Shown: piece after piece, positions 48,427-59,003 of the stretch
How the letters are laid out: each line of letters starts with the position of its first letter
Numbering within the stretch: the first letter of the stretch is position 1
Assembly (NCBI GenBank): GCA_019114495.1
Contig: DXFK01000038.1
Coordinates: 367 to 64,366 of the forward strand
DNA from: Candidatus Blautia stercoravium
GTDB taxonomy: Bacteria; Bacillota; Clostridia; Lachnospirales; Lachnospiraceae
Direction: 5' to 3'
Length of the DNA stretch: 64,000 nucleotides
Translations under genes and position numbers: made by a program
Notes under the pieces: model-generated
The model's database searches: none
What the model saw: only the letters and a program-made list of their open reading frames with translations
Told to the model about the DNA's origin: nothing

Positions 48427-48630
48427 CTAATTTTCTTCTGTTTTTTTCTGTTCTCTTCGGCGTTTTGTCATAAGCCCGCCGATACGTCCCGTTTCCTTTG
48501 CAGACAGGCTTTTCCAGCCATTTGCAGCCACCCGGTCCAAAAGTCCCAGTTCTCCGGCAATTTCATATTTTATTTTTTCCTCTTCCGGAATATTATTTAA
48601 ATCAATTTTTTCTTCTTTTTTCTTTGCCAT
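48427..48630 (-). CDS. Small acid-soluble spore protein (alpha/beta family)
   Basis: KYEIAGELGL...LSAKETGRIGGLM. Confidence 0.85.
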   Translation of the reverse strand: MAKKKEEKIDLNNIPEEEKIKYEIAGELGLLDRVAANGWKSLSAKETGRIGGLMTKRRREQKKTEEN

Positions 48631-48656
48631 AAAAAAGCCACACTCCTTTCTAACTG

Positions 48657-48685
48657 GAGTATGGCCTTTTTTTTTCACTTTATAC
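48657..48685 (-). promoter_or_regulatory. Putative sigmaG promoter of the SASP gene
   Basis: GTATA-17 bp-CATACTC. Confidence 0.55.
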
Positions 48686-48697
48686 CGTTTACAAATT

Positions 48698-48883
48698 TTA
48701 TTTTGGAATTACAATGGCGGCAATGATATAAGCCACAATTCCTGTGCCGCAGCTCATACAGGTTAATATAATCCATGCCAGCCTTATCAAGGTAGGGTCA
48801 ATATTAAAATATTCTGCAATTCCTCCGCAGACCCCTGCCAGCATATAATTTACAGAAGAACGATACAATCTTTTATCAGACAT
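48698..48883 (-). CDS. PspC domain protein
   Basis: KRLYRS...LAGVCGGIAEYFNIDPTLIRL...YIIAAIVIP. Confidence 0.93.
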   Translation of the reverse strand: MSDKRLYRSSVNYMLAGVCGGIAEYFNIDPTLIRLAWIILTCMSCGTGIVAYIIAAIVIPK

Positions 48884-48912
48884 ATGATAACTCCTTTCCA
48901 TACTTCTATTTT

Positions 48913-49752
48913 TTATTTACTTTCAAACTCGATTTCCATATTTCCCATATCATTTGACACATCTATGGTCTTTTTACTGTCTGCATTTCCGAAAACGCCT
49001 TCCTGGTAACCGGCATAATTCTTTCCATCCAGGACCAGATTTCCGCTGTCGCTTTCTGCAGAAACTGTATAATCGTTTAATTTTCCGGCACATTTCACCT
49101 GGAGATTTCCGGTAGAACACTCCATTTTTCCTGTTTGACATTCCAGATACTCTGCCTGCACACTTCCCGTATCTGTTTCCAGGTAAGCCTTATCTGTCCG
49201 CAGTTTTCCCACTGTTTTTATCTGAGCCGTATCGGAAATCAGCTCCAGGTGTTTGAATTTTTTATTTTCCGGTACTTCTATCACAAGTTTTGTCTTTTCA
49301 CTGTCATGGTCTCCTTCCGCTTCTATATACAGTTCCTTATTATCGAAGCTGCGGCTTACCGTATCGTCTTCCCGTACTCCCAGAATCCGAATATTATTTC
49401 CCGTGGTTGTACGGATTTCTGCAATTCCTGTATCCACTACCAGCAAAAGACGCTCTACCTCTGTCTGGGAATATTCCAAGTTTCCCGGTGTACTGCTGTC
49501 ATCAATCGTATCAATATCCCACAGGCCTTCGTCCCATTTACTCTCCCATTTATCTTCCCAGTCTTCATATCTGTGTTCATGCTTCTGCAGCTTGTGGATT
49601 ATCATCCGAAACAACCGGGTGTTTACCAGATGATTTCCTTCATAAACCAAATCAATGGTTCCTCCTGCCGCCACGCCTGCGCCGAAAAGAATACCTCCCA
49701 AAAGCCCCAAGCACAGTGTTGAAATCAAAACAATTTTTGTAAGCTTCTTCAT
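48913..49752 (-). CDS. DUF4097-like beta-repeat protein with N-terminal TM
   Basis: N-terminal TM; repeated beta-strand 'TG/SG' units; C-terminal DMGNMEIEF. Confidence 0.7.
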   Translation of the reverse strand: MKKLTKIVLISTLCLGLLGGILFGAGVAAGGTIDLVYEGNHLVNTRLFRMIIHKLQKHEHRYEDWEDKWESKWDEGLWDIDTIDDSSTPGNLEYSQTEVERLLLVVDTGIAEIRTTTGNNIRILGVREDDTVSRSFDNKELYIEAEGDHDSEKTKLVIEVPENKKFKHLELISDTAQIKTVGKLRTDKAYLETDTGSVQAEYLECQTGKMECSTGNLQVKCAGKLNDYTVSAESDSGNLVLDGKNYAGYQEGVFGNADSKKTIDVSNDMGNMEIEFESK

Positions 49753-50567
49753 GTCCGGTCACCTCCTGTATGTCCTCTGTGAAGAATTCTCTGAATTAAA
49801 TCGATGCACCATCGGAAACAGGGCGGAAAAACTTTTATCACCAGCAGGAAAAATCCCAGAGTCAAAAGCAGTCCCAGCGCCGTCATCATAAGAGCTGCTC
49901 CTGCGGTAACTACAGCAGTAGCCGGAGTTCCCAGCTGAAAAATAAATGCATTGACCAGAAGCACAACACCGCCAACTACCAATCCCAGCCCGCCAAAAAG
50001 CAAAGTTGCCAGAATTCCAATGCAGGCGCCGAAAAGTCCCAGAAGTACACCCAGCAGTCCAAGCCCAAATCCGGCCCACAAAGGAGAAGTAAGAATCACC
50101 AATACCAATAGCAGCGGCCAGGAAAGTCCGCCCCTTGGCTGTTTTCTCTGTGCAGTTCCCGCATATGTTCGATACGGTCCCTCATAAGCTGTACTTCCCC
50201 CATTTTTCTCTCCGTGATAACGTCTTCCGTCCCAGTTATTCTTTTCCTGACGGTCTTCCTCATGATTTTGGGAATCGGATGAAGCCTCTGCCTCCTGCCG
50301 CTTAGGCATATTCCGTTCTTCAAACCGTTCATCCCGGTATCCGGTCTCTGTGTATGCCCCATACTCATTCTGCCCCTCTTCCAAGTCGGCTTTGATAATG
50401 GCTGCTACCTTCCCCGGACTTCCCAGTTCCTGTATGACAGCAGATTCATTTTCTTCCCCTGCATCCTCAAAATAGTTTTCATAATATTCCAGAGCGTCTT
50501 TTCTGTCTGCTTCCGGTATATCCCAAAGCAGCCGCGAAAGCTGCGCCAAAAATTCTTTTCTGTTCAT
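49749..50567 (-). CDS. DUF1700 domain membrane protein
   Basis: MNRKEFLAQL...DALEYYENYFEDAG...LGSPGKVA plus TM helices. Confidence 0.88.
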   Translation of the reverse strand: MNRKEFLAQLSRLLWDIPEADRKDALEYYENYFEDAGEENESAVIQELGSPGKVAAIIKADLEEGQNEYGAYTETGYRDERFEERNMPKRQEAEASSDSQNHEEDRQEKNNWDGRRYHGEKNGGSTAYEGPYRTYAGTAQRKQPRGGLSWPLLLVLVILTSPLWAGFGLGLLGVLLGLFGACIGILATLLFGGLGLVVGGVVLLVNAFIFQLGTPATAVVTAGAALMMTALGLLLTLGFFLLVIKVFPPCFRWCIDLIQRILHRGHTGGDRT

Positions 50568-50887
50568 GCCTGAATCCCTCCCTCGAACAATTCACTGATT
50601 TTCGTTGAGTAGCTTTTCCATTCTGCCCGGTACAGATTCAACTGCACCATTCCTTTCTCTGTCACCTTATAATATCGCCGGTTTCTTCCGCCGTATTCTC
50701 TGTCATAAGTTTCCAAACACTGGTCTTTTAAAAGTCTTCGCAGAACAGGATAGAGCGTGGATTCCGAAACCTCCAGCACCTGACGCACATCCTGGGTAAT
50801 TTTATACCCATAAGTACCCTCGTTTTCATTGGATACAACGGCCAGCACAATGGCGTCCAAAAGCGCTGCTCCTGTATTAAAAACCAT
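50564..50887 (-). CDS. PadR family transcriptional regulator
   Basis: TYGYKI, SESTLYPVLRRL, RNRRYYKVTEKG, W motif; ATG 50887. Confidence 0.93.
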   Translation of the reverse strand: MVFNTGAALLDAIVLAVVSNENEGTYGYKITQDVRQVLEVSESTLYPVLRRLLKDQCLETYDREYGGRNRRYYKVTEKGMVQLNLYRAEWKSYSTKISELFEGGIQA

Positions 50888-50953
50888 ATGTCCACCTCGC
50901 TTCCTTTTGTCTCCATAATATTGTTTCTTAAGTAATACTATTTTATATTTAAT

Positions 50954-50983
50954 ACTATACGGTATATAATATAATATTGTCAA
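50954..50983 (-). promoter_or_regulatory. padR operon promoter with overlapping palindrome (likely PadR operator)
   Basis: TTGACA-18-TATAGT; TATAC-G-GTATA inverted repeat at 50956-50966. Confidence 0.55.
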
Positions 50984-51110
50984 TAACATTTTATTGAAGA
51001 AAAACAAAAGAAATTTTAAAGATTTTTCTTTTCTTTCTCTCTGCAAACCTTTATACTCGTATAGAGACACGTTTCGCAAATTTCGAGGATTTTCGACACA
51101 GGAGGAATAC

Positions 51111-51728
51111 ATGAAAAAACAATTTGGAAAAATATTTGCCATTCTGTCCACTGCTGCCATTCTGATTTTGGGAATTATTGCCGGAAGATATTGGGAATCC
51201 AGTAAGAAGCCGGAGCTGAACACTTCTGCTATTACCGCACAGATTTCAGAACTCTCCCAGCTTTCCACCGCAGAGCTTGCCTACCGGGGACTGGTGCGGT
51301 ACAGCCAGGGAGAAATTACCTTTCTCACCAAGAAAGAATTTACCATGATTTACGATGCCAATGTAAAGGCCGGTGTGGATTTAGGACAGGTACAGGTGGA
51401 TATAAAAGGAAACAAAGTATCAGTAACCCTTCCCAAAGCAGAAATACAGGACATTACTATTGACCCGGACAGCCTGGAATTTTATGATGAAAAATTTGCA
51501 CTTTTTAATTTCCAGAACCGACAGGATACAGTAGAGGCTCTGCAGTATGCCAAAGATGACGTAACCAAGCAGGCAGAAAAAACAGATTTGCTCACCACCG
51601 CAGAAGAACGGGCGAAAACCGTGATTACGGAACTGGTAAATTCCATGTGGAGCCAAGAAGATGCAAAGCCGGAAATTACTTTTGGGACGGCTGCAGATAC
51701 CAAATCGGAATCCTCTGCGGCAAACTAA
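51111..51728 (+). CDS. DUF4230-like membrane-anchored protein
   Basis: N-terminal TM; LSTAEL...VKAGVDL...VTLPKAEI; ATG 51111 with GGAGG RBS. Confidence 0.8.
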   Translation: MKKQFGKIFAILSTAAILILGIIAGRYWESSKKPELNTSAITAQISELSQLSTAELAYRGLVRYSQGEITFLTKKEFTMIYDANVKAGVDLGQVQVDIKGNKVSVTLPKAEIQDITIDPDSLEFYDEKFALFNFQNRQDTVEALQYAKDDVTKQAEKTDLLTTAEERAKTVITELVNSMWSQEDAKPEITFGTAADTKSESSAAN

Positions 51729-51740
51729 AAGCATTTACAG

Positions 51741-51773
51741 AAAAGAGACTGTCCCATGGGATAGCCTCTTTTT
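51741..51773. terminator. Bidirectional terminator between the DUF4230 gene and addA
   Basis: AAAAGAG-a-CTGTCCC-at-GGGATAG-c-CTCTTTT. Confidence 0.75.
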
Positions 51774-51797
51774 CGTTTAATCTATATACCAAAATTT

Positions 51798-54700
51798 TTA
51801 TATCAGGACCGCTTCTCCCAGGTCAATGGAATAAATATATTTCTCCTTTACTGTTTTTCCGGTGAGCCGTTCCAGCGCTTCTGCATAATATTCCAACTGT
51901 ACCTGATATTTCTTTACCAGAGAAGCCGGATTCTTTCCATATACCTTGTCGGTTTTGTAATCCACCAGCACCAGCGCCCCGTTTTCCTCGAAATACGCGT
52001 CCATAATTCCCTGAATGAGCACTTGTTCCTGTGGGTCATATTCAGGCTTCACCTGATTGGCAGACACCTCCATGACAAAGGGCTGCTCCCGATAGAGTTT
52101 TCCCTTCCCCATCGCTGCTTTCATCCGCTGCCCCAATGCGCTTTGGGCAAAACGGTAAATATCCTGAACCCGCACTGCTTTTTCCATATTTTTTGTCAGT
52201 TTTCCCTGCTGCACGAACTCTTTGATCTGTGCCTTTATCTGCTCTAAGTCCTCTGCTTTTCCATAATCCAGATTTTCCAGAACCCGGTGGTAAATAGTTC
52301 CTCTGGCAGCCCCCTGGAGTGTTTCTTCCTTCTCCCGCATAAAGGCAGGCACATAAGTCTCTACAGGTTTTTCCTCATACAGCACATGGCTTTCCTCCTG
52401 TGCCGGCTCCTGCATACGCTTTACTTCAGAAACTGTGAGTTTGGAGGGAATCAGCGCCTGGGCTTCGTAGGGATACACATAAGAAAAACTGTCTTCCAAT
52501 TCCTGTTTCAGATTTTCATCGTAAACCTGTCCGCAGTCCCAGGACAACAGCCGCGCTTTCTCCTGTTCCTCTTCCATGCGCAGCTGGGTTTCTTCCATGA
52601 CTAATTCCAGGGGATAAACTTTACGGATAAGAAAATCTCCTTCCCCTTCATACAAGGGGTTCAGCGGATATACGGGAAGTTCGTATTCCGCATACAGGGG
52701 TTTCATGGCTCTGTGACGGGCCAGCGCCTGTAAAATCCAATCCATGTAGCTTTTCCCTCTGGTACGCATATCATAAGAAAGCCTCTCTTCAATCTGCCGC
52801 TTCACCATCTCGAATCCAGCTAACTTTTCCTGCAGCTTTAAAACCGTTCCCGTAAGAATCAGCTTTTCCTTGGCTCTGGTAAGGGCCACATAGAGAATCC
52901 GCAGTTCTTCTCCCAGACTCTCTGCCTGAATTTCCTGCTGTACAGCTCTTTGCAGAATGGTTCTGGTACGAATCCGCAGCTTTTCGTCCATAGCAGGGGC
53001 GCCGATACCCAGATCCGGATGCATAACCATACTTTCTCTGGCATCCTGCATATTGATACTTTTTCCCATGCCTGCCACAAAAACAATGGGAAATTCCAGT
53101 CCTTTGCTGCCGTGAATACTCATAATCCGCACGGTATCCTCTTTATCAGAAAGAATATTGGCTTCCCCAAAATCCACCTGATATTTTTTCAAATTTTCAA
53201 TATAACGGATAAAGTTAAACAGCCCACGGTAACTGGTGCTTTCGTAATCTCTGGCCTTCTCCGCCAGCATCAGTAGGTTGGCCTTCTTCTGTTCCCCGGA
53301 CACAAAGGCCTGCTGATAGAGCAGAAAGCCCGTTTCATCAAAGAAATCCCAAATCAGTTCATGCATAGGGGTATAGGGCACTTTGCTCCGCAGTTTCCGG
53401 TAAATCTTAAGAAAACCACGGGTCTTTTCCCCCAGAGGACTGTCCTGCTGCTCTGCCAGAAGTAGGGCTTCATAAAGCGCGGGCTTTTCCGCCTCTTTTC
53501 CCAGAATTTTAATTTCCGCCAATTCTTCAAAGCTGAACTGTTGGGGCATGGACCTTAAAGCCCCGGCAAGGGGAATATCCTGCAGCGGGTTATCCAGAAT
53601 CTGCAGGTAATCCAGTACACTGGTGACCTCAGGTGCGGAAAAGTACCCGGTCTTTGTGGTAACGCTGGCGGGAATTCCGCAGGAATTTAAAATTTTCTTA
53701 AAGGTCTCTGCCCAGCCCGACATGGTACGCAGCAAAATGGTAAAATCCGAATAGCGCACCGGACGGTAGGTTTCCGTTTTCTTGTCCAGAACCTGCTCTG
53801 TCTCCATAAGCTCCCGAATCCGCATTGCAATCATGCGGGCCTCGGTTTCCCGGATGCTCTCCGGGTTTTCGCTGTCTTTCCACACCGGGTCGTCTTCCTC
53901 CAGAAGCAGTACCTCCGCTGCTGGCTGCACCTTTTCCAAAACTGCCGTTTTCGTATTCTCTTCTGTTACTTTTGCTTCCGTTTTCGGCGGAAAAACCCGC
54001 CCCGCATACAACGCCGCATCCCTGTCATATTCCACGCCGCCCAGGTCTTCTCCCATAATCTGATAAAAGAGATAGTTGACGCTGTCCAGCACTTCCTTTC
54101 TGCTTCGAAAGTTTTTGTGCAAATCAATGCGAAGACGGTTTTCCCCTTCCGTAAGAGGATAGGTGCGGAATTTCACCATAAACAAATCCGGCCTGGCCAG
54201 ACGGAAACGGTAAATACTCTGCTTCACATCTCCCACCATGAAAATATTATAAATGCCGTCCTCCACTTGGGACACAGAGGTCAGCAATTTTTCCTGCACC
54301 AGATTACTGTCCTGATACTCGTCAATCATAATCTCCGCAAACTGCCGTGACAACTCTTTGGCCGCGTCGGTTCGCTCATCTCCTTCCGGCGTGTGATGTA
54401 CCAGAATTTCCAGGGCATAGTGCTCCAAATCCGCAAAATCCAGAATGTTCTTTTCCTTCTTTTTCTCCCGGTAGCACTCCATAAAGTGCAGGGTCAAATC
54501 CACCAGAACGCCCACCGGCTCTCCTGCCTTTTGCAGATGTTCCAGAATTTCTTCCAGGCTTTCCGAAAAATACCGGTTCTGGATTTCTTTCAGTAAATCC
54601 TTTGCCTGATTCCGCAGATTTTTCACCAACTCCTGCACACTTTCCGATACCAGTTCCTTCTCTGCCTTTTTCCCTGCCGGAAGGCGTTTAAATTCCAGGG

Positions 54701-55529
54701 TATCAAAAAGCGCTTTGTATTCTGCGAAAGTCTCCGCCTGCTCCATGTTCTCTGCCGCCGCTTTTTCCTGTTCCAAAAGACCCAGATAAAAGCCCGGACC
54801 GTCCGGTTCTCCCGCAAGGTTTCCTGCCTCTGTGAGAAGTTTCACTGCCTCCTGTATCTGCTTGCGGATCTCTTCCTTCACCGCCTTCATCCAGGGGGCT
54901 TTTTCCAGTTCCTCTACAGTTTCTATGTCATAGGCCTCTCTGCAGGAGTTCAGCCATTCCTCGGGATAGGGGTAGCTCATGGAAAAACCGTAGAGCTTTC
55001 GTATCATTTCCGGTATTTTCTCATCTGTTTTCCCGGAAGAGAAATTGTCTGCAAAAGAACAGAATTTCTCATTCTCCGGCGCACTGTACGCCTCTTCCAT
55101 GACTTTATCTGCCACGTCTGCCTGCAAAAGCCGCATTTCTCCCTCGTCTCCCATGCGAAAGGAAGGGTCTAAATCAATGAGATGAAAATAATTCTTCACC
55201 ACATAAGAACAAAAACTGTCGATGGTGGTAATCTGAGCATGATGTACCAAGGTGCTCTGTCTTTGCAGATGTTCGTTGTCCCCATCCTCCTCCAGCCTCT
55301 TTTCAATGGCCGCCCGAATGCGTTCCTTCATTTCCCCGGCGGCAGCCCTGGTAAAGGTTACAATCAGCAGACGGTCAATGTCTATTGGCTGGTGTTTATC
55401 GGTGATTCTCTGGATAATACGCTCCACCAGAACCGCTGTCTTTCCACTCCCTGCCGCCGCGCTGACCAGAATGTTGCAGTTTCGGGTATCAATGACCTTC
55501 TGCTGCTCCTTTGTCCATGAAACGCCCAT
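51798..55529 (-). CDS. addA: Helicase-exonuclease AddAB subunit AddA
   Basis: SAAAGSGKT, IDEYQDS, VGDVKQSIYRFR, SIHGSKGLEF, LYVALTRA; nuclease QGIMD...VDYKTD. Confidence 0.97.
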   Translation of the reverse strand: MGVSWTKEQQKVIDTRNCNILVSAAAGSGKTAVLVERIIQRITDKHQPIDIDRLLIVTFTRAAAGEMKERIRAAIEKRLEEDGDNEHLQRQSTLVHHAQITTIDSFCSYVVKNYFHLIDLDPSFRMGDEGEMRLLQADVADKVMEEAYSAPENEKFCSFADNFSSGKTDEKIPEMIRKLYGFSMSYPYPEEWLNSCREAYDIETVEELEKAPWMKAVKEEIRKQIQEAVKLLTEAGNLAGEPDGPGFYLGLLEQEKAAAENMEQAETFAEYKALFDTLEFKRLPAGKKAEKELVSESVQELVKNLRNQAKDLLKEIQNRYFSESLEEILEHLQKAGEPVGVLVDLTLHFMECYREKKKEKNILDFADLEHYALEILVHHTPEGDERTDAAKELSRQFAEIMIDEYQDSNLVQEKLLTSVSQVEDGIYNIFMVGDVKQSIYRFRLARPDLFMVKFRTYPLTEGENRLRIDLHKNFRSRKEVLDSVNYLFYQIMGEDLGGVEYDRDAALYAGRVFPPKTEAKVTEENTKTAVLEKVQPAAEVLLLEEDDPVWKDSENPESIRETEARMIAMRIRELMETEQVLDKKTETYRPVRYSDFTILLRTMSGWAETFKKILNSCGIPASVTTKTGYFSAPEVTSVLDYLQILDNPLQDIPLAGALRSMPQQFSFEELAEIKILGKEAEKPALYEALLLAEQQDSPLGEKTRGFLKIYRKLRSKVPYTPMHELIWDFFDETGFLLYQQAFVSGEQKKANLLMLAEKARDYESTSYRGLFNFIRYIENLKKYQVDFGEANILSDKEDTVRIMSIHGSKGLEFPIVFVAGMGKSINMQDARESMVMHPDLGIGAPAMDEKLRIRTRTILQRAVQQEIQAESLGEELRILYVALTRAKEKLILTGTVLKLQEKLAGFEMVKRQIEERLSYDMRTRGKSYMDWILQALARHRAMKPLYAEYELPVYPLNPLYEGEGDFLIRKVYPLELVMEETQLRMEEEQEKARLLSWDCGQVYDENLKQELEDSFSYVYPYEAQALIPSKLTVSEVKRMQEPAQEESHVLYEEKPVETYVPAFMREKEETLQGAARGTIYHRVLENLDYGKAEDLEQIKAQIKEFVQQGKLTKNMEKAVRVQDIYRFAQSALGQRMKAAMGKGKLYREQPFVMEVSANQVKPEYDPQEQVLIQGIMDAYFEENGALVLVDYKTDKVYGKNPASLVKKYQVQLEYYAEALERLTGKTVKEKYIYSIDLGEAVLI

Positions 55530-55531
55530 GC

Positions 55532-58500
55532 TTAAACCTCTCCTTTCTCCTGATTCTCCCGGTATTCTTTCATTTTCTCCCAGATTTCCTCTGTTTTATA
55601 AGGAACCAGTCTCCGGTAGCGGTAGCCGGGAATCTTTTCATCAAATCCGCACACACTACGGTACGGGCAGTAAGCGCAGGCGTTTTCCTTCTGCTGCTCA
55701 AAAGGATTCACCTCTGTATTTCCACCCAGAATTTTCCCGCCGATTTCCTTTGCCTTGCAGTTTACATACCGCATCATATCCCCAAACTGTTCCTGGCTTG
55801 CCACCTTGGAATTGCTGGCAAATCCTCCTTTTGCCGTGTATTTGACGGGCACGGCCAGAGACTCCACACTTGTCGCCGCTGCCAGGTTCCGGTCCAGTTT
55901 TTCCAGAATTTCCGGCTCTGCCCCTGCCAGTCCGTCCATTTTCAGCTTTTTCAGGATATCCATTTCCGGGTGTTCGGGGTCTTTTACATCCTCCTGGTTT
56001 AACACCGGGTCTTTCACGTTGTAATAAAAGATACCTGCGGGCTTTACCTGATTTTGCGGAAACCGCTTGGCTTCCAGTTCCATGGCTGCTCCAAGATACA
56101 GGGCAAGCTGCAGCTGCAAACCATAATAGACTTTCAGTAAATCCAGCTTGGTAGCCCCGGATTTATAATCAATGACTTTTACATAGAGCCGGTTCTCTTC
56201 TCCACGGCACACATCCACCCGGTCAATCCGTCCCCGCAGCTGTAATTCTTCTCCTTCTCCCAGAGAAAAATGCAGGCTGTCTATCTTATCCGCAGGCCCA
56301 AAAGCCCATTCCGTGAGAGCCGGATAAAAATCCCCCTGCTTTAATTGCCACTGCAGCGCCCAGACACTGCGCTTCACCATGCGCTTGGCCCGGTTCACCG
56401 TATAAGCATTTCTGGCACTGCTTAAGAGAATGGTTTCTCCTGATTTTTCCACCACCTCATCTACACAGGCTTCTGCCAGAGCGTCTCTTGGTTCGTCTTC
56501 TAAATCCACCCATTTCATGCCCTGTTCCCGCACTTTTTTGGCAAACAAATCCAGGCTGTTGTGCAGTAGAGTTCCCAAATCTGCCATGCTGAACTCATAC
56601 CGCACCCGTTCCCTTAAGGCAAGGCCATAAGACAGGAAATGGGCGCAGGCACATTTGGCAAACTCTTCCAGCCTGGTCGCGCTGTTTTCCAGTTCTGTGC
56701 CGTAAAGCGCATGAGCTGTACCCCGACTGATACCGTCCTGAGGATTGGCATAAAAAGCCCCTTGAATCATATTCTCCACCACCGCTTCCCATTCCTTGCG
56801 GCTGCAGAACCAGTTCATCAGTTCTTCAAAAACCGGAGACTCCTTCTGAACACTGTGCAGTTCTCCCGACAGCTTTTCCAAAGCCCCTGCCACACTTTCT
56901 CTGTACAAAGGAATCTCCTCGTTCTCTCTGGAATCCTGAAACAAGCCCTCTATCTGGGAAATCAGAAAAGAAGGAGACAGGGCTTCCCCGCTGCTGCTTA
57001 AACGGCTGTAAGACAGATACACCTGCTCACTGGGTTTCGTCAGATTCAGATACAGATAAAACTTCTGGGTATACAGGCTTTCCTTTGCCGTAGGCGCTAG
57101 GGACAATCCCCTCCGTTCCAAAGATTCCCGCATTTCCTCCCGGTTCAAATCGGAAAGAATTTTTCCTGCCTGAGCCTCCTTGGGAATTTTCCCTTCATTG
57201 ACCCCAGCAAAGAACAATACCTTAATATCCTTTAAACGGGTTCGCTCCATATCCCCCACCAGCACCTGGTCCGAAGTAGGAGGCACAATTCCCACCTTGG
57301 CCTCCAAAAGCCCGGCGTCCAGAATCTCCTTAAACTCCCGCAGCCGCACCTTTTTTTCTCCCAGGATTTCTACCAGCTTGTCCAGCAAATCCATGACAAT
57401 CTCATAAATCTGACTGTATTCCTTCACCATGGACAGATTTTCCTCCTGCCGGAATTTTTCCGCATATGCCTGCATTTTCTCCTGAATATGGTTACTGCAG
57501 ATATATTCATACAAAGCCCTTGCATAGTCTGTAATGTCAGCACCCATTTCCCGCATTTTCGTATAAAAAGGTTCCCACATATCCACAAGACGGGTACGAA
57601 TTTCATTGAGTAATACACATTCTTCCGGATTCTGTCCACGATAGGTGCGCACCCACTCCCGGTTCCAGGCTGCAAAGCCCCGGATGCCCATAGCTACCAC
57701 ATAATTTTCCAGCCGATCTGTCTCTTCCTCGGTAATGTCCGTAAGCCCGCAGCGCAGCAGGCGGAACACGCTTTCATAGCTGAACTGCTCGATTACCAAG
57801 TCTACGGCAGCACGAATATATTCCACAAAAGGATTCAGAAACACGGAATGCTTCTGGTCCAGAAAACAGGGAATGTGGTATTTCTCAAAAGCTCTGGCTG
57901 CTGCAGGGGCATAAACCTCCATGTCTCCGGTTATCACAGCAAAATCCCGGTAACGATAACCTTTTTTCCGCACCAGCCCCCGGATAATGCCTGCGGTTTC
58001 CTCCATTTCCTGTGTCGGATTCAAGGATTCCCGGATATGCACAGTATTTTGTTTTTTATCATAAGGCGCTCTGCGATAACGGAAAAGATTCCGTTCCAGA
58101 AAATCCAGAGGCGGATTTTTTTTAAATCTCCCCTGATACGGCGCCCCTTTTAGGGGTACCCACTGCTCTTCCCAGTGGATTTTTTTCTCTGAAGCAAGTT
58201 TACATAATCTTCCAACCGTCTGTTTGCTGAGGTAGAAAAGCTGATGAGGGCTGCCGGGATGATAAGGGTCTTCCCCTCTTCCCATGGTTACGGTGACATA
58301 AATCTGACTGCTGATTTCCAGCAGTTTCTCCAGAAGCTGTATCTGTATGGGGGTAAATCCGGTGTAACCGTCCAGTACCAGCACACTGTCCTTTAATTTC
58401 CGCGACTTGTCTGCCACCCGCCCCAGTACGTCCAAGACTTCCTCCTGGGTAATGAAGTTGCCTTCCAGATATTCAAAAAAGCCTTGATACAGCACCTGCA

Positions 58501-58975
58501 TATCCTTTAATTTGTAATACAGCTCCGGGCGGTTCTTTAAATCCTCCAGAATTTCCTCCAAATCAGAGGTCCCTATTTCATACTGCCGCAGCTCGGACAC
58601 CATACTCTTCATCTGAGATACATACCCCTGTTTGTCCATTTTGCTGCCCAGAACCTTCAGTTCCTTTTTCTTCTCCTGCGCCACTCTTCGCAGCACCATA
58701 CTCTTTCCCGTTTCTTCCAGCAGCTCGCTCTGGTTCTCCCCCACTTCCTCCAGCACACGGAAAGCCAGCCGTTCAAAACTTAAGACATCTATATTCATAA
58801 TGCCTTTTCGGGGGTGCATTTCTACCAGTTCTTTCTGGGTCTGCATGGTAAACTGCTCCGGCACCAGCACCAGATACGAACGGCTCGGATGTTCCATGGA
58901 TTCCTGTATAATTTTGCTGTAAATATAATGGGATTTTCCAGCTCCCGAAGGGCCGAAAATAAACTGTAATGCCAT
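55532..58975 (-). CDS. addB: Helicase-exonuclease AddAB subunit AddB
   Basis: GPSGAGKS, VPEQFT, RGRIDRVD, IDYKSG, QLQLALY, CAYCPYRSVC Fe-S motif. Confidence 0.97.
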   Translation of the reverse strand: MALQFIFGPSGAGKSHYIYSKIIQESMEHPSRSYLVLVPEQFTMQTQKELVEMHPRKGIMNIDVLSFERLAFRVLEEVGENQSELLEETGKSMVLRRVAQEKKKELKVLGSKMDKQGYVSQMKSMVSELRQYEIGTSDLEEILEDLKNRPELYYKLKDMQVLYQGFFEYLEGNFITQEEVLDVLGRVADKSRKLKDSVLVLDGYTGFTPIQIQLLEKLLEISSQIYVTVTMGRGEDPYHPGSPHQLFYLSKQTVGRLCKLASEKKIHWEEQWVPLKGAPYQGRFKKNPPLDFLERNLFRYRRAPYDKKQNTVHIRESLNPTQEMEETAGIIRGLVRKKGYRYRDFAVITGDMEVYAPAAARAFEKYHIPCFLDQKHSVFLNPFVEYIRAAVDLVIEQFSYESVFRLLRCGLTDITEEETDRLENYVVAMGIRGFAAWNREWVRTYRGQNPEECVLLNEIRTRLVDMWEPFYTKMREMGADITDYARALYEYICSNHIQEKMQAYAEKFRQEENLSMVKEYSQIYEIVMDLLDKLVEILGEKKVRLREFKEILDAGLLEAKVGIVPPTSDQVLVGDMERTRLKDIKVLFFAGVNEGKIPKEAQAGKILSDLNREEMRESLERRGLSLAPTAKESLYTQKFYLYLNLTKPSEQVYLSYSRLSSSGEALSPSFLISQIEGLFQDSRENEEIPLYRESVAGALEKLSGELHSVQKESPVFEELMNWFCSRKEWEAVVENMIQGAFYANPQDGISRGTAHALYGTELENSATRLEEFAKCACAHFLSYGLALRERVRYEFSMADLGTLLHNSLDLFAKKVREQGMKWVDLEDEPRDALAEACVDEVVEKSGETILLSSARNAYTVNRAKRMVKRSVWALQWQLKQGDFYPALTEWAFGPADKIDSLHFSLGEGEELQLRGRIDRVDVCRGEENRLYVKVIDYKSGATKLDLLKVYYGLQLQLALYLGAAMELEAKRFPQNQVKPAGIFYYNVKDPVLNQEDVKDPEHPEMDILKKLKMDGLAGAEPEILEKLDRNLAAATSVESLAVPVKYTAKGGFASNSKVASQEQFGDMMRYVNCKAKEIGGKILGGNTEVNPFEQQKENACAYCPYRSVCGFDEKIPGYRYRRLVPYKTEEIWEKMKEYRENQEKGEV

Positions 58976-59003
58976 ACGTTCCTCCTTTCAGAAAACTGGG
59001 AAC

